Source: a virus
IMG/VR virus record: IMGVR_UViG_3300027788_000004
Location: 32,001 to 96,000 of that record
DNA: 64,000 nt
Reading direction: 5' to 3' (one strand)
Part shown: positions 31,320 to 41,333 of the stretch, in pieces
Position numbering within the stretch: position 1 is the first letter of the stretch
Layout of the letters: each line of letters begins with the position of its first letter
Notes under the pieces: model-generated
What the model saw: only the letters and a program-made list of their open reading frames with translations
Database searches by the model: none
Told to the model about the DNA's origin: nothing
Position numbers and translations under genes: made by a program

Positions 31320-33179
31320 ATGGAGATATCAAGCAGAATTTTATCCGACATAACGGTGTATATGAAATATGCAAAGTTTAATGAAGAAAAAAATAGAAGA
31401 GAGACCTGGGAAGAAATCGTTACCAGAAACAAAGCTATGCATATAAAACATTATCCTAAATTAAAGGATGAGATTGAAAATGTTTATAAGCTAGTATATG
31501 ATAAAAAAATACTTCCATCAATGAGGAGCTTACAATTTGGAGGTAAGCCTATTGAGATTTCTCCAAATAGAATTTATAACTGTGCGTATCTTCCTATAGA
31601 TCACATTGATTCTTTTAGTGAAACAATGTTTTTGTTATTAGGAGGTACTGGGGTTGGATATTCAGTACAGAAACACCATGTTAATCAATTACCTACAATT
31701 CAAAAACCATATCCAAAAAGAAAACGAAGATTCTTAATTGGAGATTCTATTGAAGGATGGGCGGATGCCGTTAAAGTTTTAATGAAGTCTTATATGAATG
31801 GTGGTGGTAGTCGAGTTGTTTTTGATTATTCAGATATTCGTGCTAAAGGTGAAAGACTTGTAACATCTGGCGGTAAAGCTCCAGGACCTCAACCACTTAA
31901 GGAATGTATATTAAAAGTAACTGGTATTTTAGAAGAAAAGGAAAATGGAGATTCATTATCAACCTTAGAAGTACATGATATTATATGTCATATAGCTGAT
32001 GCTGTTCTTGCTGGTGGTATTAGAAGAGCTGCTCTTATTAGTTTATTTAGCGCAGATGATAATGAAATGATTTCTTGTAAATCTGGAAATTGGTGGGAAT
32101 TAAACCCTCAACGAGGTAGATCTAATAACTCTGCTTGTTTAATGAGACATAAAATCACTAAAGAATTCTTTATGGAGTTATGGAAGAGAGTCGAATTATC
32201 AGGATCTGGTGAACCTGGCATTTATCTAAATAATGATAAAGATTGGGGAACAAATCCATGTTGTGAGATTGCGTTAAGACCATATCAATTCTGTAATTTA
32301 TGTGAAGTAAATGTATCTAATATAGAAGATCAAGATGATCTAAACGAAAGAGTAAAAGGCGCTGCATTTATAGGAACTCTTCAAGCAGGCTATACTGAAT
32401 TTCATTATCTAAGAGAAATATGGAGAGAAACTACCGAGAAAGATGCTTTAGTTGGTGTATCAATGACTGGAATTGGTAGTGGTAAAGTTTTAGGTTACGA
32501 TATGAAAAAGGCTGCAGACGTAGTTAAAAGAGAAAATTCTAGAGTTGCGAAACTAATTGGAGTAAATAAAGCAGCACGATCAACTACTGTTAAACCTGCA
32601 GGAACTACATCATTAGTTTTAGGTACATCATCTGGAATTCATGCATGGCATAATGATTATTATATTAGAAGATTACGAGTTGGTAAAAACGAATCTATGT
32701 ATCATCATCTTTTAACAAATCATCCTGAACTAATAGAAGACGATTATTTTAGACCACATGATACGGCAGTAATTAGTATACCACAAAAAGCTCCTGAAGG
32801 TTCAATTATGAGAACAGAATCTCCATTTCAACTTTTAGATAGAGTTAAACAAGTTGCAACAGAATGGGTTAGACCAGGACATAGAAAAGGTTCTAATACA
32901 CATAATGTTTCTGCAACGATATCATTAAGAGATAATGAATGGGATTTAGCCGGAGAATGGATGTGGGAGAATAGAAACCATTATAATGGACTTTCAGTAT
33001 TACCATACAATGGCGGAACCTATGTACAAGCACCTTTTGAAGATATCACAAAATCTAAATATAACGAAATGATGAAAACGTTATCAGAAGTTAATATAGA
33101 TCAAATAACAGAGGTTGATGATAACACTGCATTAAGTGAAGAATTAGCTTGTGCAGGTGGTGCATGTGAAATCACATAA
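31320..33179 (+). CDS. nrdJ: Class II (adenosylcobalamin-dependent) ribonucleotide reductase
   Basis: PSMRSL, YNCAY, GGTGVGYSV, GGIRRAA, TNPCCEI.L...CNL.E, TVKPAGT.S and C-terminal CAGGACEI. No small subunit nearby. Confidence 0.9.
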   Translation: MEISSRILSDITVYMKYAKFNEEKNRRETWEEIVTRNKAMHIKHYPKLKDEIENVYKLVYDKKILPSMRSLQFGGKPIEISPNRIYNCAYLPIDHIDSFSETMFLLLGGTGVGYSVQKHHVNQLPTIQKPYPKRKRRFLIGDSIEGWADAVKVLMKSYMNGGGSRVVFDYSDIRAKGERLVTSGGKAPGPQPLKECILKVTGILEEKENGDSLSTLEVHDIICHIADAVLAGGIRRAALISLFSADDNEMISCKSGNWWELNPQRGRSNNSACLMRHKITKEFFMELWKRVELSGSGEPGIYLNNDKDWGTNPCCEIALRPYQFCNLCEVNVSNIEDQDDLNERVKGAAFIGTLQAGYTEFHYLREIWRETTEKDALVGVSMTGIGSGKVLGYDMKKAADVVKRENSRVAKLIGVNKAARSTTVKPAGTTSLVLGTSSGIHAWHNDYYIRRLRVGKNESMYHHLLTNHPELIEDDYFRPHDTAVISIPQKAPEGSIMRTESPFQLLDRVKQVATEWVRPGHRKGSNTHNVSATISLRDNEWDLAGEWMWENRNHYNGLSVLPYNGGTYVQAPFEDITKSKYNEMMKTLSEVNIDQITEVDDNTALSEELACAGGACEIT

Positions 33180-33181
33180 TT

Positions 33182-33210
33182 GAAACCAATTAGCTATAAG
33201 TTCATATAAT
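33182..33210 (+). promoter_or_regulatory. Middle-type promoter GAAAC-N16-CATATAAT upstream of the clamp/polB-C/uvsX genes
   Basis: GAAAC caattagctataagtt CATATAAT. Confidence 0.75.
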
Positions 33211-33232
33211 AATAAAACAAATATATTATTAA

Positions 33233-33979
33233 ATGAATTTAGAAATCACAAAAATTTACCCAGCTCCACTTACAGCAATGGTTAAAAAGCTATTGTTAAT
33301 GGACAGTGCAATTTATCTTAATTTAACGGAAGATAGAATTTTTTCGAACTCATACTTACCTACAAAGGATGTGGCTAAGATAGTTACTGTCGATACTAAA
33401 GATATTATGGAATTTGAAAATTCTGATGATATTGGTACAAACATTAAAGTTTCGTTTTTCGCAGGACAGAAACTAATTGATTGTCTTAAGTATTTTGATA
33501 TTCATAATCTTACTGGTACATTACATTGTTACGAAGAAGGCGACGAAAAATTTGCAGAAAAATTAGTTATTAGAGACCATTCATTAGAAATAACATTGCA
33601 TTGTGCGGATGTTTCTTTAGGATTTACTACAATGTCCGATGCACAAGTAACGGCAGCATTCGGTAAAGATAACGAAGTTTATTCTTTCGGTCTTTCACAA
33701 GAAACTTTAATTAAATTAAATAACCTTATCACACTTGATAAAAATGAATTATTCAGAATTTATTCAGATGATCGAGGAATCCATGTTGCTGGTGATACAT
33801 ATGATATTGTAATCGATGATACACACACAGAAAAACACGAAGAAGTTACTTTATTCAAAAGCTTCTTTTCTAGAATTGCAAAGGAATCATATAACGTTTC
33901 AGTATGTCAAAATAAATTAGTTTTAGATTCGGAAGATTCTAACACAAATATCGCACTGAATTTAGCAATCAAAGCTTAA
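33233..33979 (+). CDS. gp45: Sliding clamp (gp45/PCNA-like)
   Basis: Acidic two-domain alpha/beta protein of 248 aa, translationally coupled to the polymerase subunit, with a clamp loader in the window. Assigned by size, pattern and context. Confidence 0.55.
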   Translation: MNLEITKIYPAPLTAMVKKLLLMDSAIYLNLTEDRIFSNSYLPTKDVAKIVTVDTKDIMEFENSDDIGTNIKVSFFAGQKLIDCLKYFDIHNLTGTLHCYEEGDEKFAEKLVIRDHSLEITLHCADVSLGFTTMSDAQVTAAFGKDNEVYSFGLSQETLIKLNNLITLDKNELFRIYSDDRGIHVAGDTYDIVIDDTHTEKHEEVTLFKSFFSRIAKESYNVSVCQNKLVLDSEDSNTNIALNLAIKA

Positions 33980-35112
33980 TGACTGAATTACAAACTAAAA
34001 TAATTGCACTAGAAAAGGAAAGTCTCCAAAACTATAATTTAGAACAAGCAATAAAGCTTTGTATTAACTCTATTTATGGTGCGTTTGCAAACGATTATTT
34101 TCATTTTAGAAGTACTGATATAGCAGAAACAGTTACGTTACAAGGTCAAGATGCTATTAAATATACAGAAAGGGCGGTTGAAAAGTATTTCAAAGAACAT
34201 TGGCATAAAGATAAAAAATTACACGAAGCTTTAGGTGTAACATGTGAAGTTACTCCGTTAACATCTCATGTATGGAAATATACAGATACGGATTCAGGAT
34301 ATATTATCTTTGAAGAAGTTATGGAATCTTGTCAATGGGAAGGTACGGTTACAGACTTTATTCTAAAAATGAATAAATTAAGGTTATCATCGTACATTCA
34401 GATGACCTTGCAAAAATACGCAGATTCTTATAATTCCGAAAACTTCTTAGATTTTGAATTAGAAACAATTGCAAATAACGCTATTTGGGTTGCAAAAAAG
34501 AAATATGTACAAAACATTGTTTGGAAAGATGGTAAAGAATATGAACCACTTTCTTACATATCTACAAAAGGTTTAGAAATTATACAATCATCTACTCCAG
34601 CATTTTGTAGAGATAAACTTACGGATCTAGTTAAGTTCTTATTTTCTAAAGATAAATTAGATAACGATGCAATTAGTGGACTAACTCAAGTACTTAAAGA
34701 TATTAAAACACAATTCAAACTAGCTGATATTGAACAAATATCTTCTAATCGTAGAATAGGTGATTATAATAAATTTATGATTAATGATACTAATGAATTT
34801 GAAATTGCTAAAGGATGTCCTATTCATGTTAGAGCTGGTGGTTACCATAATTACTTAGTAAATAATTCTAAACATAAAAATAATTATGATCTAACAAAAT
34901 CTAGCGACAAGATTCGATGGTACTATGCTAAAGATCAATTTTGCGATGTGTTCGGTTATTTACCTGGAGCATATCCATATCAACTCGCTCCTAAAATTGA
35001 TGTTGAGAGACAATTTGAAATGTTTATATTAGAACCATTAAACAGAATTATAATACCTTCAGGAATGCCAAGATTAAATAGAAGCTTAGCATATACACTA
35101 TCACTATTCTAA
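33979..35112 (+). CDS. gp43: Family B DNA polymerase, C-terminal subunit (motifs B and C, thumb)
   Basis: KLCINSIYG (motif B), TLQGQ, YTDTDS (motif C), KKKY, KGLE...SSTP and PIHVRA. Confidence 0.9.
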   Translation: MTELQTKIIALEKESLQNYNLEQAIKLCINSIYGAFANDYFHFRSTDIAETVTLQGQDAIKYTERAVEKYFKEHWHKDKKLHEALGVTCEVTPLTSHVWKYTDTDSGYIIFEEVMESCQWEGTVTDFILKMNKLRLSSYIQMTLQKYADSYNSENFLDFELETIANNAIWVAKKKYVQNIVWKDGKEYEPLSYISTKGLEIIQSSTPAFCRDKLTDLVKFLFSKDKLDNDAISGLTQVLKDIKTQFKLADIEQISSNRRIGDYNKFMINDTNEFEIAKGCPIHVRAGGYHNYLVNNSKHKNNYDLTKSSDKIRWYYAKDQFCDVFGYLPGAYPYQLAPKIDVERQFEMFILEPLNRIIIPSGMPRLNRSLAYTLSLF

Positions 35113-35126
35113 AATAAATTAAAATT

Positions 35127-35207
35127 ATGAAATACTGGATAACAACTACAACATTCGGAGATTACGAAATAATTTACGAAATTACAAACAATAAAAACAA
35201 AAATTAA
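35127..35207 (+). CDS. 26-aa small ORF (MKYWITTTTFGDYEIIYEITNNKNKN)
   Basis: Exactly fills the polB-C/uvsX gap and has an A-rich leader like the other genes. Confidence 0.45.
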   Translation: MKYWITTTTFGDYEIIYEITNNKNKN

Positions 35208-35209
35208 AT

Positions 35210-36412
35210 ATGGCAAAAGAATTTTCATTCGACGATTTGAACAAATCTCTATCTAAACATTCTCTTTATGGAGAAACTATGGATAGGAGTACATTCTCAA
35301 AAATAGATGAATTTATTGGTACAGGAAACTACTTATTAAATGCATGCCTTTCAGGTAGTGTATTTGGAGGAGTACCTAACAATAGATCCGTTTGTTTCGC
35401 TGGTCCTTCTGGAACAGGTAAAACATTCTTATTACTTAATGTAGTAAGACAAGCACAAGCTCAAGGATATCAAATTGTATTCTACGATTCAGAGACTGCA
35501 ATAGATATAGATCTAATAGAAAAATTTGGTATTGATCCTAAATTATTTAGATATGAACCTTGTAATACAATTCAAGAATTTAGAACATCTATAACTAATT
35601 TAGTTAAGATCTTAAGTGAACAAAAACGAAAAGGAGCGAAAGTTCCTAAAATTATGGTTTGCTTAGATTCCTTAGGTAATCTTGCTTCTCAAAAAGAAAT
35701 TGATGATGCAATGAGTGGTAGTGAAAAAGCCGATATGACAAGAGCAAAAACTATCAAATCATTGTTTAGAATTCTCGGAACTCAATTGGCAGAATGTAAA
35801 ATTCCATTTGTGTTTACTAACCATACCTACTCCGGTCAATCGTTTATCCCTATGGTTACTGCTGGTGGTGGTACTGGACCCGAATACTTCGCCTCTATTA
35901 TTCTCTTTTTGAGAAAGGCACAGTTAAAGGAGGGTCAAGAAAAGGCCGGTATTGTGGTGACAGCGACTCCAAATAAAAATAGATTTGCTAAACCTACTCC
36001 CGTTAAATTTGTTATACATTTTAGTAAAGGAATGAACCGATATATGGGTCTTCAAGATTACATATCCTGGGAGAATTGTGGAATTGCAAAAGGAAACATT
36101 ATTCAAGCTAAAGATATCGATAAACAAAAAATATCAGATAAAGAAAAGGATAAACTTAGGGAAACTATTTGGACATCGAAAAAGAATGGACTCGAACTTG
36201 CATTTATGGAAAAAGAAACTGCTAGAAAATATGTTGCTCGTCACCATGATGATACAATAGATATTCAACAATTGTTTTCTTCAACCGGATTTCCTATGGA
36301 GGTTTTAACAGAATTAGATAATACTATTATTCAACCTAGCTTTTCATACGGTACAAATGAAAATATAGCCGACGAATTAGAGGCTATCGTAGAAAGCTCA
36401 GAGGATGAATAA
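35210..36412 (+). CDS. uvsX: RecA-like recombinase UvsX
   Basis: AGPSGTGKT, YDSE, LDSLGNLAS.KE..DA, DMTRAK, NHTY and GGG.G. Confidence 0.95.
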   Translation: MAKEFSFDDLNKSLSKHSLYGETMDRSTFSKIDEFIGTGNYLLNACLSGSVFGGVPNNRSVCFAGPSGTGKTFLLLNVVRQAQAQGYQIVFYDSETAIDIDLIEKFGIDPKLFRYEPCNTIQEFRTSITNLVKILSEQKRKGAKVPKIMVCLDSLGNLASQKEIDDAMSGSEKADMTRAKTIKSLFRILGTQLAECKIPFVFTNHTYSGQSFIPMVTAGGGTGPEYFASIILFLRKAQLKEGQEKAGIVVTATPNKNRFAKPTPVKFVIHFSKGMNRYMGLQDYISWENCGIAKGNIIQAKDIDKQKISDKEKDKLRETIWTSKKNGLELAFMEKETARKYVARHHDDTIDIQQLFSSTGFPMEVLTELDNTIIQPSFSYGTNENIADELEAIVESSEDE

Positions 36413-36716
36413 AAATGATTTCAAAATTAAGTATGTAATAGGAACTTATAAAGATGATCCTGATTATCCATCTAAAGAAGATTTGTTTGCAATGGCAGAT
36501 ATGTGGTATCATATAGAAGGAGGCCATGCATTTATCCATAGTTATCGAGGTTTAGAAAACGCAGGAGAAACTATTTTTACAGAAGACTTAATTTCACACA
36601 AAGGATTACCTAAAGAAAAAACAAAACTTTTATTATCAGAATTATTAGACTCTGGTGATATATCGGTATTCAAGGAAACCAAACACACTAGATATCATAT
36701 AATAAACAAAAGATAA
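36405..36716 (+). CDS. Hypothetical protein (possible winged-helix C-terminus)
   Basis: 103-aa ORF overlapping the uvsX stop. Confidence 0.55.
   Translation: MNKNDFKIKYVIGTYKDDPDYPSKEDLFAMADMWYHIEGGHAFIHSYRGLENAGETIFTEDLISHKGLPKEKTKLLLSELLDSGDISVFKETKHTRYHIINKR
36675..36703 (+). promoter_or_regulatory. Middle-type promoter GAAAC-N16-CATATAAT upstream of the helicase
   Basis: GAAAC caaacacactagatat CATATAAT, embedded in the 3' end of 36405..36716. Confidence 0.7.
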
Positions 36717-36719
36717 TAT

Positions 36720-38021
36720 ATGTTAGATATTGTAGAATTTGAAAAGGTATTTTACCTTTACACATTAGAGAATCCCAAATACTTTAAGTCGATAAAACAA
36801 CAGTTTTTCGATAATGAAGAGCTTGGTTTAATGTATAAGGTATCTTCAGTTTTCTTTGAACGATTCAAAGAATCACCTTCCCAAGACCAAATAAAATTAT
36901 TAACTAGACAAAAACAATTTAAGGAAAGATTAACAGAATCGTTAGTAGATCTTGTATTTGATCAGAATATGAAATCATATGACGATGAATGGTTGATGGA
37001 AACTACAGAAGCTTGGATACTATGGAAGAACTTAGATAAAACAATTGTTGATACAATTGAATATGTAAAATCAGCTAAAGTTACACCACAGAATATAAAA
37101 GAGATTGTAAGTAAAACTAAAGGTCTTTTTGTTGAAAATAATTCTATTGTTTTTGATGAATCTTTAGGACTTAATTTCTTTGATCCAGAATCTCACAAAG
37201 TATCAAGTGAAAATAGAATAACATCAACACACAATTGGGTAGATGATCGAAGTTCTGGTGGATATTCAACCAAAACTTTAATTGTATATGCCGGTGAACA
37301 AAATATAGGAAAATCTATTTGGTTAGCTAATGATGCTGTTAAATATATTAAAGAAGGTATGGATGTTGCATTCATATCTGCAGAAATGGCTGAAGGTGAT
37401 GTGGTTCAAAGAATAGGTGCAAATATGTTAAATATCCCTATGTCTAAATATGAACAATTTGCAAAGAATCCTGAAAAACTTAAAAAGAAATTATCTGCGT
37501 TATCTGGTGCTATCATACCACCAGGAAATTTATATGTAAAGGAGTTTCCAACTTCTCAGGCAACCGTTGGAGATTTAGAAAGTTACTTACGAACATTGGA
37601 AGATTCCAAAGGTATTAAATTGAAAGTAATTATAGTTGATTACATCAATATACTAGCAAATCAACGAAATCCAAATACTGAAAATACATATATGAAGATT
37701 AAGCAAATTGCAGAAGATCTTCGAGCAATGGCACAAAGAAACGAATGGATAATAATCACAGGTACTCAAATTAACAGAAGTGGTTATGATTCATCAGAAA
37801 TTAACATGGGTAACATCGCTGAATCTGCAGGTTTATCTCACACTGCCGATATGATGTACGGTATTATACAAGATTCATCGATGCATTTAGAAAATGAATA
37901 CTGGTTAAAGATTCTAAAAATTAGAAAAGGATCAGGTAAAAATTCAAAATGTCGTTATCTAATAAATTATGATTATATGCGACTAGAAGAAACAGATGAG
38001 ATATTAAATTCACTATTATAA
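36720..38021 (+). CDS. gp41: Replicative DnaB-like helicase (T4 gp41-like)
   Basis: AGEQNIGKS, ISAEMAE, KEFPT, IVDYINI, IAEDLRAMA, TQINRSG and AESAGL. Confidence 0.92.
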   Translation: MLDIVEFEKVFYLYTLENPKYFKSIKQQFFDNEELGLMYKVSSVFFERFKESPSQDQIKLLTRQKQFKERLTESLVDLVFDQNMKSYDDEWLMETTEAWILWKNLDKTIVDTIEYVKSAKVTPQNIKEIVSKTKGLFVENNSIVFDESLGLNFFDPESHKVSSENRITSTHNWVDDRSSGGYSTKTLIVYAGEQNIGKSIWLANDAVKYIKEGMDVAFISAEMAEGDVVQRIGANMLNIPMSKYEQFAKNPEKLKKKLSALSGAIIPPGNLYVKEFPTSQATVGDLESYLRTLEDSKGIKLKVIIVDYINILANQRNPNTENTYMKIKQIAEDLRAMAQRNEWIIITGTQINRSGYDSSEINMGNIAESAGLSHTADMMYGIIQDSSMHLENEYWLKILKIRKGSGKNSKCRYLINYDYMRLEETDEILNSLL

Positions 38022-38031
38022 AACAAACATT

Positions 38032-38553
38032 ATGAGTATATTCGAAGACGAAGAAAATCCAGACATAGAGCCTGCAAAATCACAGACTCCTGATCCACTA
38101 GATCAAACAACTGATTTACAAAAAGATAAGATATTCAATAATAATTATGAATCAACTGATATTGACACAACTCCGATAAAATTCAAAGTATCTGATGATT
38201 ATCAAGGAGGAGCTTCTAATTTATCTTTTGAGGATAGATTAGAACAAGATATGGCGTTTGAGGTTATATCAGCGATTTTAGATAAAAGCAAATTCACTGC
38301 ATATAATAAACCAGATTCTGAAGGAAGTTTTAAGAAATTAAATAAACTACAGATCAACGAAGTATATTCATTCACTGCAATGCAATTACCAAATTTTTCT
38401 AGAATTAAAATGTTTTCGATATTACAAGAATACTTCGATGTAAATTCTAATAAGTTCTACGATTCTCTATCAAATACATTCAAAAAGGAATTAGTTGAAG
38501 AATTAAGAGCAGACGGATATTTAGAAGATAAATTAGGCGGACCTTTATTTTAG
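38032..38553 (+). CDS. Hypothetical acidic protein
   Basis: 173-aa ORF in the replication operon, ending GGPLF. Confidence 0.6.
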   Translation: MSIFEDEENPDIEPAKSQTPDPLDQTTDLQKDKIFNNNYESTDIDTTPIKFKVSDDYQGGASNLSFEDRLEQDMAFEVISAILDKSKFTAYNKPDSEGSFKKLNKLQINEVYSFTAMQLPNFSRIKMFSILQEYFDVNSNKFYDSLSNTFKKELVEELRADGYLEDKLGGPLF

Positions 38554-38555
38554 AT

Positions 38556-39632
38556 ATGACTGAAAATAAAAACGCAAAACGAGTTTGGATCATATCCGAT
38601 TCACATTTCGGAGCTAGAAATAATAGTGTAGAATGGTTAGAGCGAATGATATCGTATTTTGAAGATTTTTTCATTCCTACTGTTAAAGAACATTATAAAC
38701 CAGGAGATATACTTATTCATTGTGGAGATGTTTACGATAATAGACAATCGATTAATTTATTAGTATTACATAAAACGTTATCTCTTTTCGAAAGCTTTAC
38801 TAAGTTATTTGAAGATGGTGTTTATGTTATCGCAGGTAATCATGATATAATGAGAAAGAATTCTAATGATATTTGTTCTCTAGATAGTTTGAAATATATT
38901 CCTGGTGTAAATATACATAAAGAACCAATAACTCTAAAAACTAATTATGCAGATTGTTTATTAATGCCATGGAGAAAATCAGAGGCTGATGAATCTGTGG
39001 TAGTTAACGGCTCTAACGCAGATTATTTATTTTGCCACACTACAATAATGGGTGCTAAATTCGATAAGTATAGACATAGTGGTGCAGGTATTGATTCAAC
39101 TGAATGCAAACAGTTTAAGAAAGTTTATACTGGACATATTCATACATCACAAGATTATAAGAATATATGTTATGTAGGTAATCCTTACCAAATGACTCGA
39201 TCAGATACTAACAATATGAAAGGATTTAGATGCTTAGATTTAGAATCAGGAAAAGAACTATTTTTTGAAAATACATACTCACCAAAGTTCGTAAAAATAT
39301 ACGTAAATAAAGCATTAGAAAATACTACTGAGGATATAGTTAAAGTATCTAATAATAACTTTGTTGATGTGTATGTGCCTAATGATTATTTAATGAAATA
39401 TCAGGTAACTCCTTTAATAGACGAAATTAGTAAAGTATCAAAACGATTGGATGTTATTCCATTTGAATTAGACGAAGAATCTAATATGCAAGAATATGAT
39501 ATTGATTACGATAAAACTTTAGATACCTATAATTTATGTGAAAAATTTGTAGGTGGTATGAGTTTAGATGATGGAACAAAAAAGAAGGTGCTAAAAAAAC
39601 TTAAACAAGCTTATTTAGAAGCGTTAAAATAA
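38556..39632 (+). CDS. gp47: Mre11/SbcD-like nuclease (T4 gp47)
   Basis: SDSHFG, GDVYDNR, GNHD, GHIH and YVGNPYQ. Confidence 0.92.
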   Translation: MTENKNAKRVWIISDSHFGARNNSVEWLERMISYFEDFFIPTVKEHYKPGDILIHCGDVYDNRQSINLLVLHKTLSLFESFTKLFEDGVYVIAGNHDIMRKNSNDICSLDSLKYIPGVNIHKEPITLKTNYADCLLMPWRKSEADESVVVNGSNADYLFCHTTIMGAKFDKYRHSGAGIDSTECKQFKKVYTGHIHTSQDYKNICYVGNPYQMTRSDTNNMKGFRCLDLESGKELFFENTYSPKFVKIYVNKALENTTEDIVKVSNNNFVDVYVPNDYLMKYQVTPLIDEISKVSKRLDVIPFELDEESNMQEYDIDYDKTLDTYNLCEKFVGGMSLDDGTKKKVLKKLKQAYLEALK

Positions 39633-39633
39633 T

Positions 39634-41304
39634 ATGAGAATACAAAGTATAGAATGGAAAAATTTTAATGGCTATGGTAACATAGCACAACATATAGATT
39701 TTTCTAAAGATGGACAACTATATTTATTAGTTGGACAAAACGGAGCTGGTAAGAGTACAATTGCAGAAGTAATCACATACGGCTTATATGGTAAAGTTGA
39801 AGGTAAACGTTTAGGCGACTTAGCTAATAGAATAAACAAGGGTATGGAAGTTGTTATCAATGTAAAATGTAAAGGAAAAGACGTTACATTAAAACGTGGT
39901 ATTGGCCCAAATTATTTTGAAGCATTTATTGACGGAAAACAATATGATCAAGCTGGTAATAAAAATGTTCAAGAGTATTTAGAAACAGAATTATATGATA
40001 TACCATATCAAGTCTTTAAGAATATAATTATATTATCTGTTAATGATTTCAAATCGTTTTTAACAATGAACAGTCATGATAAACGAAATATCGTTGATAG
40101 ATTATTCGGATTCACAGTTATCAATCATATGCGAGAATCAATACGAGAAAATCGTAGAGAAGTTAAACAACACATAAGAACTTTATACGATGAGCTTAAT
40201 ATATTAGATGATACTGTTATTTCTATCAACGAAAAGATAGATTTATTAAAGAAGGAAAAGAAAGTAGATCAGAAAAAACTGATAAAAGAATATGAAGAAA
40301 AACTTACTCAGGTAAGATCAAAACATATAGAAACGTCAGAGAAATTGAAAAACCTCAATAATAAATATATCGAATTCGAAAACATCGTTCAAGAGAAGTC
40401 ACCGCTTGAATCAAATTTAGTCACTAATTTGAAAGATACTAAACGTCGCTTAGATTTGTTTGAAAAAGACTGTTGTCCTACATGTGGAGGCATTTTCGAT
40501 ATGGCTGGTGAACATGGCCATATTAAAGAAAATTTAATCAAAGGCGCTAAAGACGATAAAAAGATTCTATTAAGCGTTCGAGAAGAAATCAAATCAGCTA
40601 GAACGAATCTAAATAAATGTGATGGTTATGTTAGAACATGTAAAGATTCTATAACTAGATTAGAAACATTAATTGGTCAATATCAATTTGAGTTAGATGG
40701 TATAATATCTAAATCAGAAAAGAAAGACTTTCAATACTTAAAACAACTCATTTCAGAAAATACTACAACAACAAAATCTAAATCAAAGGAAAAATATAAA
40801 GAAGAAAATAACGATAAATTCCTAGAAGTAGTTGAAACGATATTAGGAGAAGATGGTGTAAAAAACTTAGCATTAAAAACTATACTGCCTCCATTAAACG
40901 CATCAATAGACTCTATGGTTAAACAAATGCACATACCACATAGAATTAGATTTGATGAAAAGTTTAATTGTAAAGTTACTGCACTTGGAGAGGAAATCAA
41001 CCCTAAAACAATGAGTACAGGTGAACGCAAAAAAACAGACTTTATTATTATCATTGCAATGATCAAATTGTTAAAGGTTAGATATCCAAGTATTAACCTT
41101 CTTTTCTTAGATGAAATTTTCTCATCAATCGATGGAGCTGGGATACATGAAATAATTGCAATTCTTAAAGAAACTATTAACGATACAAAATTAAATACAT
41201 GGGTAATTAATCATTCTGAATTACCAGTTAATTTATTTGATATCAAAGCAGAAGCCTATAAAGAAGGCGGATTCTCCAAATTATCTTTGGAGACGATATC
41301 TTAA
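39634..41304 (+). CDS. gp46: Rad50/SbcC-like ATPase (T4 gp46)
   Basis: GQNGAGKST, coiled coil with CPTC zinc hook, MSTGE signature, LFLDEIF and INH. Confidence 0.93.
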   Translation: MRIQSIEWKNFNGYGNIAQHIDFSKDGQLYLLVGQNGAGKSTIAEVITYGLYGKVEGKRLGDLANRINKGMEVVINVKCKGKDVTLKRGIGPNYFEAFIDGKQYDQAGNKNVQEYLETELYDIPYQVFKNIIILSVNDFKSFLTMNSHDKRNIVDRLFGFTVINHMRESIRENRREVKQHIRTLYDELNILDDTVISINEKIDLLKKEKKVDQKKLIKEYEEKLTQVRSKHIETSEKLKNLNNKYIEFENIVQEKSPLESNLVTNLKDTKRRLDLFEKDCCPTCGGIFDMAGEHGHIKENLIKGAKDDKKILLSVREEIKSARTNLNKCDGYVRTCKDSITRLETLIGQYQFELDGIISKSEKKDFQYLKQLISENTTTTKSKSKEKYKEENNDKFLEVVETILGEDGVKNLALKTILPPLNASIDSMVKQMHIPHRIRFDEKFNCKVTALGEEINPKTMSTGERKKTDFIIIIAMIKLLKVRYPSINLLFLDEIFSSIDGAGIHEIIAILKETINDTKLNTWVINHSELPVNLFDIKAEAYKEGGFSKLSLETIS

Positions 41305-41333
41305 TGGATATATAAAAAAACTACAAATTATAG

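Noticed and set aside
31200-34100. Split intein or intron joining the polymerase halves
   Set aside because: There is no Cys/Ser-starting Hint block at the end of the N half and no His-Asn at the start of the C half. The intervening DNA encodes ordinary essential genes.
15834-36260. Short alternative-frame + strand ORFs (15834..16019, 25623..25928, 36078..36260)
   Set aside because: They are nested out of frame inside gp32, the 25445 gene and uvsX, with no independent support.
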